Shown here piece by piece: positions 1-8,405 of a DNA stretch of 42,624 nucleotides; position 1 is the first letter of the stretch, and each line of letters opens with the position of its first letter. Both the position numbers and the translations under genes were made by a program. The notes under the pieces were generated by a model. The model was not told the origin of the DNA. It was given only the letters and a program-made list of their open reading frames with translations, and ran no database searches. Source of the DNA: Clostridia bacterium (GTDB taxonomy: Bacteria; Bacillota; Clostridia; Christensenellales; UBA1242); the NCBI GenBank assembly GCA_017505165.1, contig JAFVPU010000217.1, positions 1 through 42,624 on the forward strand, in the 5' to 3' direction.

Positions 1-471
1 ATAGCCGGCTAGAGAAACAATTCTAAAACCATCACGTTCATCAGATTCTCCAGCAGCTAATGCTTTCCGAATCTTGTCCGGAATAGAAGAAAGTTCGGAT
101 GAATCTATTTTTTGAAATTTTAACAAATATGATTTTAATACGGATGTTCCAGTATCCGTAACCTTAGCGAACATGGAACTGAGCTTCAATTTGGTTTTAA
201 AGAGAGAAGAACTTAAGTTTTCACATGCATCATCTAGATCGTTTTCGGTTATTTGATTTCCAATGAGAAATTCAATACTGGGAGTCCAACCGATAGCATC
301 AACACATTCTTTAAACAATAATAAATTATTTAAAGCTGTTTCTTTTTTGCTCAATTCACAATCTAATTCAGTTAATTCGTTTTCTAAAAGCATATATCTT
401 TCAATAGCTTCATAATGATCTTCAATTGAAAAAATCGAATCAACATCTTCATTCAATTTCAAATCTATCAT
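1..471 (-). CDS. hypothetical protein, 5' part only (runs off the left edge); paralog family member P1
   Basis: My hand translation of the minus strand from the ATG (complement of 469-471) stays open to base 1, 157 codons: MIDLKLNEDVDSIFSIEDHYEAIERYMLLENELTELD...DAIGWTPSIEFLIGNQI... AAGGAA lies 8 nt upstream. It is absent from the ORF track because it has no stop in the window. The N-terminal M-x-DL-[KG]-[LI] motif and the G-x3-[SA]-[IL]-E-[AF]-[ML]-[IV] block match ORFs 1428-2312 and 3422-4459c. Confidence 0.6.
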   Translation of the reverse strand, partial: MIDLKLNEDVDSIFSIEDHYEAIERYMLLENELTELDCELSKKETALNNLLLFKECVDAIGWTPSIEFLIGNQITENDLDDACENLSSSLFKTKLKLSSMFAKVTDTGTSVLKSYLLKFQKIDSSELSSIPDKIRKALAAGESDERDGFRIVSLAGY

Positions 472-479
472 AATTAGGT

Positions 480-523
480 TTCCTTATTGTAGATATGATA
501 TGTATCATATCTACAATAAGGAA
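480..523. repeat. perfect 21-bp inverted repeat (hairpin H1) with a 2-nt centre
   Basis: Read directly: ttccttattgtagatatgata-tg-tatcatatctacaataaggaa. It lies in a divergent intergenic region. Its outer arm (480-485) is the complement of the AAGGAA Shine-Dalgarno of the minus-strand gene starting at 471. Confidence 0.9.
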
Positions 524-539
524 CAGCTAACTAAAGATG

Positions 540-578
540 CCATACACGATGAGGGGCTGTCACCCTCATCGTGTATGG
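540..578. repeat. 16-bp inverted repeat (hairpin H2) with a 7-nt loop
   Basis: Read directly: ccatacacgatgaggg-gctgtca-ccctcatcgtgtatgg. It sits in tandem with H1 and is not downstream of any annotated gene, so its function is unclear. Confidence 0.85.
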
Positions 579-823
579 ACTTTTATGTTAACTATCAGTT
601 AGCGATGTTCTAGATGAGTCAAACAATGGAGAAACAAACCCTCACTAGAACCAGAAACGCAAACCACCATCGCCGAGAGGTAAAGGAGACCCTCTATAAC
701 TGATAATCTTACGTACTCGTTTCGCCCGGATGACAGCCAAGTACGCATAGTATGCTCATTACAGCAGAACCCCATTCTATGAGTACTATAACAAGTTAAA
801 CCTATAATAAAATAGAGGGCAAA

Positions 824-1285
824 ATGGCTGAAAATATCAATGCTTTGGATAAAGCTTTAAATAACCTTGAAGATACATTTACTTCTATCAGTGGAGATAG
901 AAAGTTCCTTATAGCTAAGTTAAAACAATCAATCGATGGAATAGTCTTAAATCCTAATGAAGATAGTCCTCGTATGACTGAAGTAAAACTAGCTACTATC
1001 AAAGCTTTGGATGATCTTCTTCGTAGTGCTGAAAGTAGTGCAACAACTATGGCTAAAACACAGCTTCAGAAGAAGAGTGATGAAAACTCTGAATCTACAA
1101 AACAGATGGTTGTTGAGATGCTTAAGCAAATCAATATATCTGTTGGTATTACTACTTCTGGAGGGGTTAAGAAACCAACTGTTGATATGGAATCAGTTGT
1201 TGAGAAAGCTTGTGAAGAAACTAATCATCCAATCAGCGATGACGAGCTCACTGTACCTGAGGTTCCTCTTAAAGAGGTTGAATAA
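824..1285 (+). CDS. hypothetical acidic protein (153 aa)
   Basis: ORF track. AGAGGG lies 5 nt before the ATG. Hairpin H3 and T-rich sequence follow the stop. No recognisable domain. Confidence 0.7.
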   Translation: MAENINALDKALNNLEDTFTSISGDRKFLIAKLKQSIDGIVLNPNEDSPRMTEVKLATIKALDDLLRSAESSATTMAKTQLQKKSDENSESTKQMVVEMLKQINISVGITTSGGVKKPTVDMESVVEKACEETNHPISDDELTVPEVPLKEVE

Positions 1286-1292
1286 AAATGTA

Positions 1293-1328
1293 TTGTCTAT
1301 ATAGGTACCAAGGTACCTATATAGACAA
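1293..1328. terminator. 17-bp perfect hairpin H3
   Basis: ttgtctatataggtacc-aa-ggtacctatatagacaa, 8 nt after the stop of 824-1285, followed by actatctttgtttcttt. Confidence 0.7.
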
Positions 1329-1341
1329 ACTATCTTTGTTT

Positions 1342-1376
1342 CTTTATAACAGTATATTATAGATACTGTTATAAAG
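1342..1376. terminator. 14-bp perfect hairpin H4, second of a tandem pair
   Basis: ctttataacagtat-attatag-atactgttataaag. No U-tract follows. It lies 52 nt upstream of the ATG at 1428, so it could be a 5' UTR or processing element rather than a terminator. Confidence 0.5.
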
Positions 1377-1427
1377 AATTATAGCATTTCGTACAAGTGT
1401 GTATCCAAACTAAAGGAATTTATCATT

Positions 1428-2312
1428 ATGATGGATTTAAAATTAAACGCATTAGAAGAACACAATTCAGAATATTCATCTGAAGAGTTGCTGCTCGATT
1501 CTATGGATATCGAACTACAATTCAACGATGAACAATCAATTTTCCGTAGCATCGAACATCTTGAATTTATCAGAGACTATGTCTCTAATCACGGAATCGA
1601 TGGTTCAATTGAAGCAATGATCGATGATCAAATTTCATACACTTCATCTGAAGATCTTGTAGAAAAAATCGACATTGCCATTGAAGGTTTATTGAGTAAA
1701 GTCACTGGAAATAGCATAGACAACACTCTACAACAAATTAAACAATTCGCTGATTATTTGCTTAGAGGTCATGGAACTATTGCTAAAACAACAGGAGACC
1801 AGAAGATAAAATTCGTAGATACCAGCGAAGCCAACCCAATAGCCCCATTTATAGCAGGAATAGCTGAAGTACTAAAGAATATGGGCAATTCTTTTAAAAC
1901 ACGAAATACCCCAAATCCCGATGAAATGAATCGTGTTATAAATACCCTGCAACAATACATTTCTACAGGAAATGATATCCTTCGTAAGATGAAGATGGTA
2001 GAAATGACACACGATGAATACGCATCTGCTTATAAAGATATGTACGAAGCTGCAAGAGAAGTCCGATCCAAATTACATATGTTGGAAATGGCAAAACTAT
2101 TATGTCCAAAGTCTTCGACAGCAGACATAATAAACAAACTTGTTAAAAACAGTACTGCGAACGATAAAGAGGGTAAGAAGACCTTAAAGTCAATGACTAA
2201 TCCTGCAGTTAATGCAAGATTAAACTCGTTGATCAGAGCAGGACTTAGAATCATTAGAATAATCCTGATGAAGGGATACACACTTGTTAAAGCAATCGCA
2301 AAAGGCGAATAA
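1428..2312 (+). CDS. hypothetical protein, paralog family member P2 (294 aa)
   Basis: ORF track. AAAGGA RBS. N-terminus MMDLKLNALEE. The blocks ELQFNDEQS and SNHGIDGSIEAMIDDQI match VMQFNDEAA and ADHGNSPALEALVGSNF in 3422-4459c. Confidence 0.75.
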   Translation: MMDLKLNALEEHNSEYSSEELLLDSMDIELQFNDEQSIFRSIEHLEFIRDYVSNHGIDGSIEAMIDDQISYTSSEDLVEKIDIAIEGLLSKVTGNSIDNTLQQIKQFADYLLRGHGTIAKTTGDQKIKFVDTSEANPIAPFIAGIAEVLKNMGNSFKTRNTPNPDEMNRVINTLQQYISTGNDILRKMKMVEMTHDEYASAYKDMYEAAREVRSKLHMLEMAKLLCPKSSTADIINKLVKNSTANDKEGKKTLKSMTNPAVNARLNSLIRAGLRIIRIILMKGYTLVKAIAKGE

Positions 2313-2339
2313 TATATAGTTTATATGTTACAAGAACAG

Positions 2340-2375
2340 CTCTACATAGAGGATCATTCGATCCTCTATGTAGAG
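2340..2375. terminator. 16-bp perfect hairpin H5 at a convergent junction
   Basis: ctctacatagaggatc-attc-gatcctctatgtagag, between the stop of 1428-2312 (+) and the stop of 2386-3336 (-). Confidence 0.7.
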
Positions 2376-2385
2376 ACAGCGCATA

Positions 2386-3336
2386 TCAACTGACATGTCC
2401 GATAGCAGCAGCCATGCCACGACCGACATTCTTGATGGTGTGAACAAGAACATCAATAGCTTTCTTCACAAAGCGAAGTTTAGCACTGAGGTTCTCTGCT
2501 TCTTCATGAACACCTTTCTGGTTCTTCATGTCTTTAAGCTTATACACCATATCGATAAGTTTCACGATACGATCAGCATATTCAACCAAAGAAGCTTTGG
2601 TATAACCTTTATCAGCAAGAGTACCACCATTAGAAGAAGTCATGTGTGCTCCTACTGTACTTGCAGGCCACGATATTCCAACAATAGCAGTACCGAGAAT
2701 CTTACCAATCCAATCACCACCAACTGCTTTCCAATCAGTAGTAATGATCTTACTGACATCACCTTTACCAGGATTGACATCGATACCACACTTACGAAGA
2801 GCTTCAGAAAGTGTACCAAGATCAAACTTAGGATCATTGATAGTACTTTCAATACCTTTAGCAAGCTGTTCAAGACCATCCATAAGGATTTTCATCTGCG
2901 ATGCAGGAGGGAGATAAAGAGAACGAGCTGTCCAGTTATCAAATTTCTCCTGGTCAACAGTGAGTTTAGCCTTAGCACAGATAGAACGAATGCGACTGAA
3001 GCGAGCAAGAATCGCACCTGCGATCATGCCAGCAACGCCCCAGCGAAGAAAGTCCTGAAGGAGATGTTCATTACTGGATTCCATACGAGCGATGATCTGT
3101 TCTTTAGGCTGTTCAGTACCAAAACAATCAACAAAAGTCTGATCGTTTGAAAGAAACTGAATAGCAATGTTCTCATCCGATGCAGAATCAATCATGTTGA
3201 ACAGACGACTCATTTCATCATACTGACGAGAATCAAGATCAAGAACATCATCGCCTTCCAGAACATCAAGAAGATATTCTTTCATATCGAACTCTTCAGC
3301 AGAAGGTTCGTTATTGATTCCGAGATCAATGTTCAT
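2386..3336 (-). CDS. hypothetical protein, paralog family member P3 (316 aa), probably an abundant virion protein
   Basis: ORF track. AAAGGTGA RBS. N-terminus MNIDLGINNEPSAEE. Codon usage is visibly more G/C-rich than in the neighbouring genes. Confidence 0.8.
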   Translation of the reverse strand: MNIDLGINNEPSAEEFDMKEYLLDVLEGDDVLDLDSRQYDEMSRLFNMIDSASDENIAIQFLSNDQTFVDCFGTEQPKEQIIARMESSNEHLLQDFLRWGVAGMIAGAILARFSRIRSICAKAKLTVDQEKFDNWTARSLYLPPASQMKILMDGLEQLAKGIESTINDPKFDLGTLSEALRKCGIDVNPGKGDVSKIITTDWKAVGGDWIGKILGTAIVGISWPASTVGAHMTSSNGGTLADKGYTKASLVEYADRIVKLIDMVYKLKDMKNQKGVHEEAENLSAKLRFVKKAIDVLVHTIKNVGRGMAAAIGHVS

Positions 3337-3364
3337 ATTTCACCTTTATTAAACAAAATAAAAA

Positions 3365-3398
3365 TAAGAGACATGTGTGTTAACACACATGTCTCTTA
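3365..3398. terminator. 34-nt perfect palindrome H6; intrinsic terminator on the minus strand
   Basis: taagagacatgtgtgt-ta-acacacatgtctctta. On the minus strand it is followed by TTTTTATTTTG, and then by the RBS of the gene starting at 3336. Confidence 0.8.
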
Positions 3399-3421
3399 CT
3401 AATCAAGTCAAAAGAGACTTA

Positions 3422-4459
3422 TTACTTGCTTTTCGGTTTGAAAGCAGACAGCGCATAAGAAGCATCGGCAATGGATTCGCGAGTAGCTTTTGCAAGATAC
3501 TTGCTGAACTCAGAGTGATACTTCATAACGCGAGAACGAAAGTCACCAGAAGCTTCGTCTTTTTTCTCGGCATTGGCGCGTTTGACATTGTCGTTCGTGG
3601 TCTTGCGTTGCTCAGCAGTCATACCGGCAGCTTCGGCTTGCGCCTTCGTCACCTGTTTGTTACTGTACTGTTCTTTTGTGATAGCGAAAGAATTCTTTTC
3701 GATACCATCAGCAACACGATCGATTTCAGCTTTGGCAGCTTCGAGAACAACAAGACGCTGCTCAAGTTTTTCAAGCAAAGCAATAGCTTTTTCGCCTTTA
3801 CCAGCAGAAACTTCAACTTCAGAACCAGCAGCCACCTTGAGCATACGTTCAAGCGGATCTTTTCCACTTTCAGTTTTTTTGGTGAATTCTTCAGTATCGA
3901 TTTTGAGATCAGGATCGTTAAGTGAAGCATTAACTTTCTTGATCGCATTGGCGAACAGCTCTTTCATCGCGTTGTTATTGTATTCGATAACACTCAATTC
4001 AGGAACTTTGATGACGAGTTTTTCGATACCACCAGCATTCTTAATAGCCTGGATACGTTCACGAATTTTGGTACGCATGGCTTTGGAAGAGCTGAAAAAT
4101 TTGGCAAAGAAAGCTTTGATTTTGGCCCAGAGGGTTTTCAGCCATTTGACGAAACGAGCCCAAAGACCTTCTTTGGCGTTTCCAGCGGCCTCGAGAGAGA
4201 AACCTTCACGGAAGTTGCTGCCAACGAGAGCTTCGAGAGCGGGGCTGTTACCATGATCTGCGAGAACTTCGCAGATAGCGCCGAGGTTCTCCATAGCGCT
4301 AGCAATAGCGCCGATGCCATCGGCGATAACAACTGCTTCAGCAGCTTCATCATTGAACTGCATGACAGTATCGAGATATTCATAAGAGAGAATATCACCG
4401 GTCACTTCAAGTTCCTGCTGATCAGCAAGAGCTTCGAGACCCAGATCGAATTTACTCAT
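3422..4459 (-). CDS. hypothetical protein, paralog family member P4 (345 aa), probably an abundant virion protein
   Basis: I trimmed ORF track entry 3422-4573 to the internal ATG at 4459 (MSKFDLGLEALADQQELE), which has AAGGAG 8 nt upstream. The 38 upstream codons have no RBS and a non-protein-like composition. The coding sequence is Ala/Lys/Glu-rich with G/C-rich codons. Confidence 0.8.
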   Translation of the reverse strand: MSKFDLGLEALADQQELEVTGDILSYEYLDTVMQFNDEAAEAVVIADGIGAIASAMENLGAICEVLADHGNSPALEALVGSNFREGFSLEAAGNAKEGLWARFVKWLKTLWAKIKAFFAKFFSSSKAMRTKIRERIQAIKNAGGIEKLVIKVPELSVIEYNNNAMKELFANAIKKVNASLNDPDLKIDTEEFTKKTESGKDPLERMLKVAAGSEVEVSAGKGEKAIALLEKLEQRLVVLEAAKAEIDRVADGIEKNSFAITKEQYSNKQVTKAQAEAAGMTAEQRKTTNDNVKRANAEKKDEASGDFRSRVMKYHSEFSKYLAKATRESIADASYALSAFKPKSK

Positions 4460-4659
4460 AAGAGAATCTCCTTGAATAACATTTGTTTGATCAATTCCAT
4501 ATGGGCTTCTTCCAGCACTTAAAAGAATATGGAATACGATTTTGTTGTAAAATGTGCTGATTTGGATACACACATATAATGATAGTACGCATACTTATTT
4601 ACACATAAACTTTTAATTAATAAGCACACAGTATATGATTTAACAGGAGGACATTTACT

Positions 4660-5025
4660 ATGAATGACTACGAATTACACGAAATGATATGCAATGCGTT
4701 TGGTAAATACACAGTACTAAACAAAATAAGTCTCTATGATTGTGAATTAATCGCTAGAACAATTGATAAAATCGACAACGATTTAAGTGGACCGACAACT
4801 ATACACAACTATATTACACTCAAACCTGTTAACAATAAGACAAATCTCTGTAAATCATGTAAAGAGTATATATCGAATCAAGATGGTCTTGATCTAAATT
4901 TTGAAGGTATATATCAATATGTTTCCGTTTTGTGTGAACTTGTAAAAGGTTCACTTGCTGCGAGCTTAATGAAATATACAATAACAACACCAGCCGATGA
5001 TGTTCTAAAAAGGAGAACAAAATGA
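4660..5025 (+). CDS. hypothetical protein (121 aa)
   Basis: ORF track. CAGGAGG RBS. ATGA overlap with the next ORF. Confidence 0.65.
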   Translation: MNDYELHEMICNAFGKYTVLNKISLYDCELIARTIDKIDNDLSGPTTIHNYITLKPVNNKTNLCKSCKEYISNQDGLDLNFEGIYQYVSVLCELVKGSLAASLMKYTITTPADDVLKRRTK

Positions 5026-5756
5026 ACGCTTATATCAACATGCACCTCGACGACATGATAGATGATGAAACCATTATCATACGTGATCTTTTCAATTTGG
5101 ACTTCTATGCAGAATTCGATCCATTATTCAATTATCTGTTCAAAATGGTAAGAAAGCAATACAATGAAGATAAAGTTACAACGACCATCCTCACACACGA
5201 CCAACTTGCATATAGAGCTTTTGCGTTTGCCCAACATTCATTTGCACGACACTTATCTGAAACAATAAATGTTAACCTGTATGATAAAGGTAAATTGAAT
5301 GTCTTTAAATTCTGTAAATCTGTGTTAAAATCGGATGATACATACAAAGATCCTGAAAAAGAATTGATTGCATATGCAGCACAATTCATTGATCTTATCA
5401 ACTTATTCACTTTAAAATACAGAAATGATAGAAAACTTCGAAAACTGTTAACAAACATAACAACTGAAATCAATCCTGTATTGTTTAATATCATCTCAGA
5501 ACACGTAGATAATGTTTCTGCAGGGATAGCTGCTATCGATATTATCTTTATGTTCGCATTAACACATATCCAATTATACAACTCAGATATAATCAGTGCA
5601 AAACTGACTCACACTGAACTACAGTCATTTGTACGTGATTTCTGTATGTGTTCACACCCGTGGTGGTTATCCAACGAACTTGATATAGCAAAAATCTACC
5701 ACGAAGATACACGCTTCTTCAGATTGAAATACCATATAAGAAACTTGTTCAAATAA
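5022..5756 (+). CDS. hypothetical protein (244 aa)
   Basis: ORF track. AAAGGAG RBS. Translationally coupled to 4660-5025. Confidence 0.7.
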   Translation: MNAYINMHLDDMIDDETIIIRDLFNLDFYAEFDPLFNYLFKMVRKQYNEDKVTTTILTHDQLAYRAFAFAQHSFARHLSETINVNLYDKGKLNVFKFCKSVLKSDDTYKDPEKELIAYAAQFIDLINLFTLKYRNDRKLRKLLTNITTEINPVLFNIISEHVDNVSAGIAAIDIIFMFALTHIQLYNSDIISAKLTHTELQSFVRDFCMCSHPWWLSNELDIAKIYHEDTRFFRLKYHIRNLFK

Positions 5757-5764
5757 CATAAAGC

Positions 5765-5802
5765 AAGATACTAGTGGGTCGATATCGACCCACTAGTATC
5801 TT
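5765..5802. terminator. 38-nt perfect palindrome H7 at a convergent junction
   Basis: aagatactagtgggtcgat/atcgacccactagtatctt, centred on GATATC, between the stops at 5756 (+) and 5810 (-). Confidence 0.8.
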
Positions 5803-5809
5803 CATATTT

Positions 5810-6139
5810 TTACAATCTTCCAAAATTCACAACTGTATTCGCACGAGTGAATGTCATAGGAATACTCATATCCAGTTCACTCAGCTTTCCAGTTGATGCG
5901 AGATTCTGTTTTGTCACGCCTTCTCTATATGATACGACTCCTGTAGTTGATACAGAAAATTGTCTCATATATTTGACGAAGTCGTCATATGGGATAACGT
6001 CAGAACCTATAGTAACGTCACCAGTGTTAGAATCAACCTGTGCATTTCCCAATCGTATCCATCCAGTCATCTCAGTTTTAACAGGATGTGTGGTAACTTG
6101 TTCAATACCAGTTTCACCTAGTTTAACAAAAATATTCAT
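5810..6139 (-). CDS. hypothetical protein (109 aa), last gene of the minus-strand structural block
   Basis: ORF track. AAGGAGG RBS. Confidence 0.65.
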   Translation of the reverse strand: MNIFVKLGETGIEQVTTHPVKTEMTGWIRLGNAQVDSNTGDVTIGSDVIPYDDFVKYMRQFSVSTTGVVSYREGVTKQNLASTGKLSELDMSIPMTFTRANTVVNFGRL

Positions 6140-6148
6140 ACATCCTCC

Positions 6149-8392
6149 TTAACCGATAAGATCGATCTGAACCAAATCGAATCGATCATTATTCAAACTG
6201 TTTGTACCAGTTCTGCTATTTAGCTTCATAGTGTAATTTGTACCATTGAACACTAGTGTACACGACACCAAACAAAGGTCGTCCACAAAATACAAAGCCT
6301 CAGCAGACAAGGTGGTATTTTGACAGTTTACTTTCTGAGAGCGTCCGATTAGATATTTCTCAGTATAACGATCAAACACTTTAAATTCAACCGCTTTAAC
6401 CTGTGTCAAATCAATATCTGTTCCAGTGATAATAGGAGTAACTTCGTAACCTGAAGTAAGTATTTCAGGAACATCGCCAAATTCTGCATCACTGTGGGAT
6501 ACAGATACTTCTTCTATTGCATTCATCGGAATACTTCCAACAAAAACAGTATATCCTGCAGGATATAACGGGACAAGATTGGATGTACGATCGATTGCGG
6601 ATTTCCAATCAAACACGTAACTCTTGCGTTTTTCTGAATCTTCAGTATAATCACCATAGCGAACCACATTGTTCGTATAGTAATCGACTTTTGTGTTATC
6701 AGTTCCAGGACGTTCTTTTCCAAGCGTATCAATCAAATCCCAAGGACTCTTTGCACCAGTCATATCATCAACAATAACAGTACAGAGAGTCGGAGTCTGA
6801 CTAGTCATAGACATCTGTAACATGATTCCTCGTTCCGTACCAGGTTTATCTGCAAGTTGAGCAGAACACCAGATAAGACGGAATTTAGGAAGAACTCGTT
6901 TTGTGAAGTACTCGAACTTGTTCTTATCAAATGATGGAATGTCTGCGTGGTACACTGAAATATCAATTACTTTTGCAGCATTCGTATCAAACGTGATCTT
7001 AACATCCATGAAGAAATCCATATCTGGAACTTTAATACGAAACTCTCCAATACAAGATGTTGGAACAGGAGCATCTGCCGTCCAAGGATTGCGATCTACA
7101 AATGCAATATTCACCCACTTATCTGTCTGTGCAGTTGTGTATTTGAATCTTTGTGACTGGAAGTGACCAATCGTGTGTTCAATCAACTGCTGACGATATA
7201 CGAGTTCTTTGATGATTGATGTATTTGACAGATTCGACACAGTGACAATGTCCATTGCAGTAACTGTGCGATAAACATTCTGAACAATGTCTTTCAAAGC
7301 GTTGATATCTGCTTGAGTAACTTCACCACCGAATGCCTGGTATGACACAAATACTTTTCCAACAAAGCTCTTTTTAAGAACAATGTATTCGTAAACTCCA
7401 CAAGTTGGATCAGAGACTGCTGTTTTTTCTTTATTGATGCCAGTTACGACATAATCACCTTCAATCACATTACCATTGGTATCTACTGTTTCTTTTGTCA
7501 AAACAGTTGTACCAGCTGTTGGATCCTGATCTGGTTGGAATTCCAATCTTAAAGATGATGTATTGTAGAAAGAACCACACTGAGGTCGAATGACATAAAG
7601 ATTATTGACAACATCAACTCGATGAACTTCTCCTGTGATGTAGTTCTCAATCTTAGCACCAGTAAGATCTTCTTCCAAACAATGCATGTCTGCTGTAGTT
7701 GTAGCAGATACATTGTTAATTGGATTACGAACGTAGTATAGCTCTTCAATCTTATCAATCATTGATCGCATGAGACCAGGGCTGTACTCAGGGCCAAGAC
7801 CATCCTGCTGAATTGCCATGCACTCAAGTTCAAGTGCTTGATACTCAACTGCAATTTCATATTCACCAGATTCAGCAATATCACTTGAAGAATCGTTCAT
7901 GAAGAACTTATTAATAAGTTCAAAATTCCACGTATCCTGATCTTTTTCATAGTACTGTATGTTTCCGGAAGAATCTTTAGGAATGGCAGCACCGACAGTA
8001 TACGAAGTAAACAATTTGTAAGTTGTTACACCATTTTCAATTGATTTGAAATAATAGTTCTTACCAGATTGATAATGAGTGTCTGCAGTTGGAAGAAACT
8101 CAGGAGCATCATAACCATATCTGAATTTGGCTTTTGCCGTAGCAGTAATATCTTTACAACTACTATCGATGTTCCATTGTTTAGCATAACTTCCTTTGTT
8201 GATCAATGTCAAACTCGGGTTGTTATTTTCATCGACACCAGTTACGAGATACACTTTAAGTGTATGTGCATAAGCAGTGTCTTCAAGATCCACTGTTTGG
8301 TTAGCAGTAAAGATTTTGAATCTTCGCAGATCCCTTTTATAACTACTATTCTCTCCAGTGAGATCTAATTGATTCGGATCAGTAATAATCAT
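6149..8392 (-). CDS. large virion protein (747 aa), possible tail fibre or baseplate component
   Basis: ORF track. GAGGA RBS. Contains the PTADTHYQSGKNYYFK motif also present in the next two upstream ORFs. The function is inferred only from size, context and this motif. Confidence 0.6.
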   Translation of the reverse strand: MIITDPNQLDLTGENSSYKRDLRRFKIFTANQTVDLEDTAYAHTLKVYLVTGVDENNNPSLTLINKGSYAKQWNIDSSCKDITATAKAKFRYGYDAPEFLPTADTHYQSGKNYYFKSIENGVTTYKLFTSYTVGAAIPKDSSGNIQYYEKDQDTWNFELINKFFMNDSSSDIAESGEYEIAVEYQALELECMAIQQDGLGPEYSPGLMRSMIDKIEELYYVRNPINNVSATTTADMHCLEEDLTGAKIENYITGEVHRVDVVNNLYVIRPQCGSFYNTSSLRLEFQPDQDPTAGTTVLTKETVDTNGNVIEGDYVVTGINKEKTAVSDPTCGVYEYIVLKKSFVGKVFVSYQAFGGEVTQADINALKDIVQNVYRTVTAMDIVTVSNLSNTSIIKELVYRQQLIEHTIGHFQSQRFKYTTAQTDKWVNIAFVDRNPWTADAPVPTSCIGEFRIKVPDMDFFMDVKITFDTNAAKVIDISVYHADIPSFDKNKFEYFTKRVLPKFRLIWCSAQLADKPGTERGIMLQMSMTSQTPTLCTVIVDDMTGAKSPWDLIDTLGKERPGTDNTKVDYYTNNVVRYGDYTEDSEKRKSYVFDWKSAIDRTSNLVPLYPAGYTVFVGSIPMNAIEEVSVSHSDAEFGDVPEILTSGYEVTPIITGTDIDLTQVKAVEFKVFDRYTEKYLIGRSQKVNCQNTTLSAEALYFVDDLCLVSCTLVFNGTNYTMKLNSRTGTNSLNNDRFDLVQIDLIG

Positions 8393-8405
8393 AAAAGGTC
8401 CTCAC

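Noticed and set aside
610-640. A hammerhead-like string, CUAGAUGAGUC...GAGAAAC.
   Set aside because: The core differs from CUGANGA...GAAA (there is an extra A). No stem II or stem III pairing can be drawn.
614-703. A 29-aa basic ORF (MSQTMEKQTLTRTRNANHHRREVKETLYN) in the 472-823 gap.
   Set aside because: It has no RBS and is short. The region is better described as non-coding and structured.
600-710. An A-rich segment as a possible DGR template repeat, with the neighbouring tail-type genes as targets.
   Set aside because: No reverse transcriptase or Avd-like gene is in the window, and I found no near-repeat of this segment at the 3' end of any ORF here.
803-808. A TATAAT box upstream of gene 824.
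   Set aside because: It lies only 15 nt from the ATG, so the transcript would lack the RBS. There is no -35 partner.
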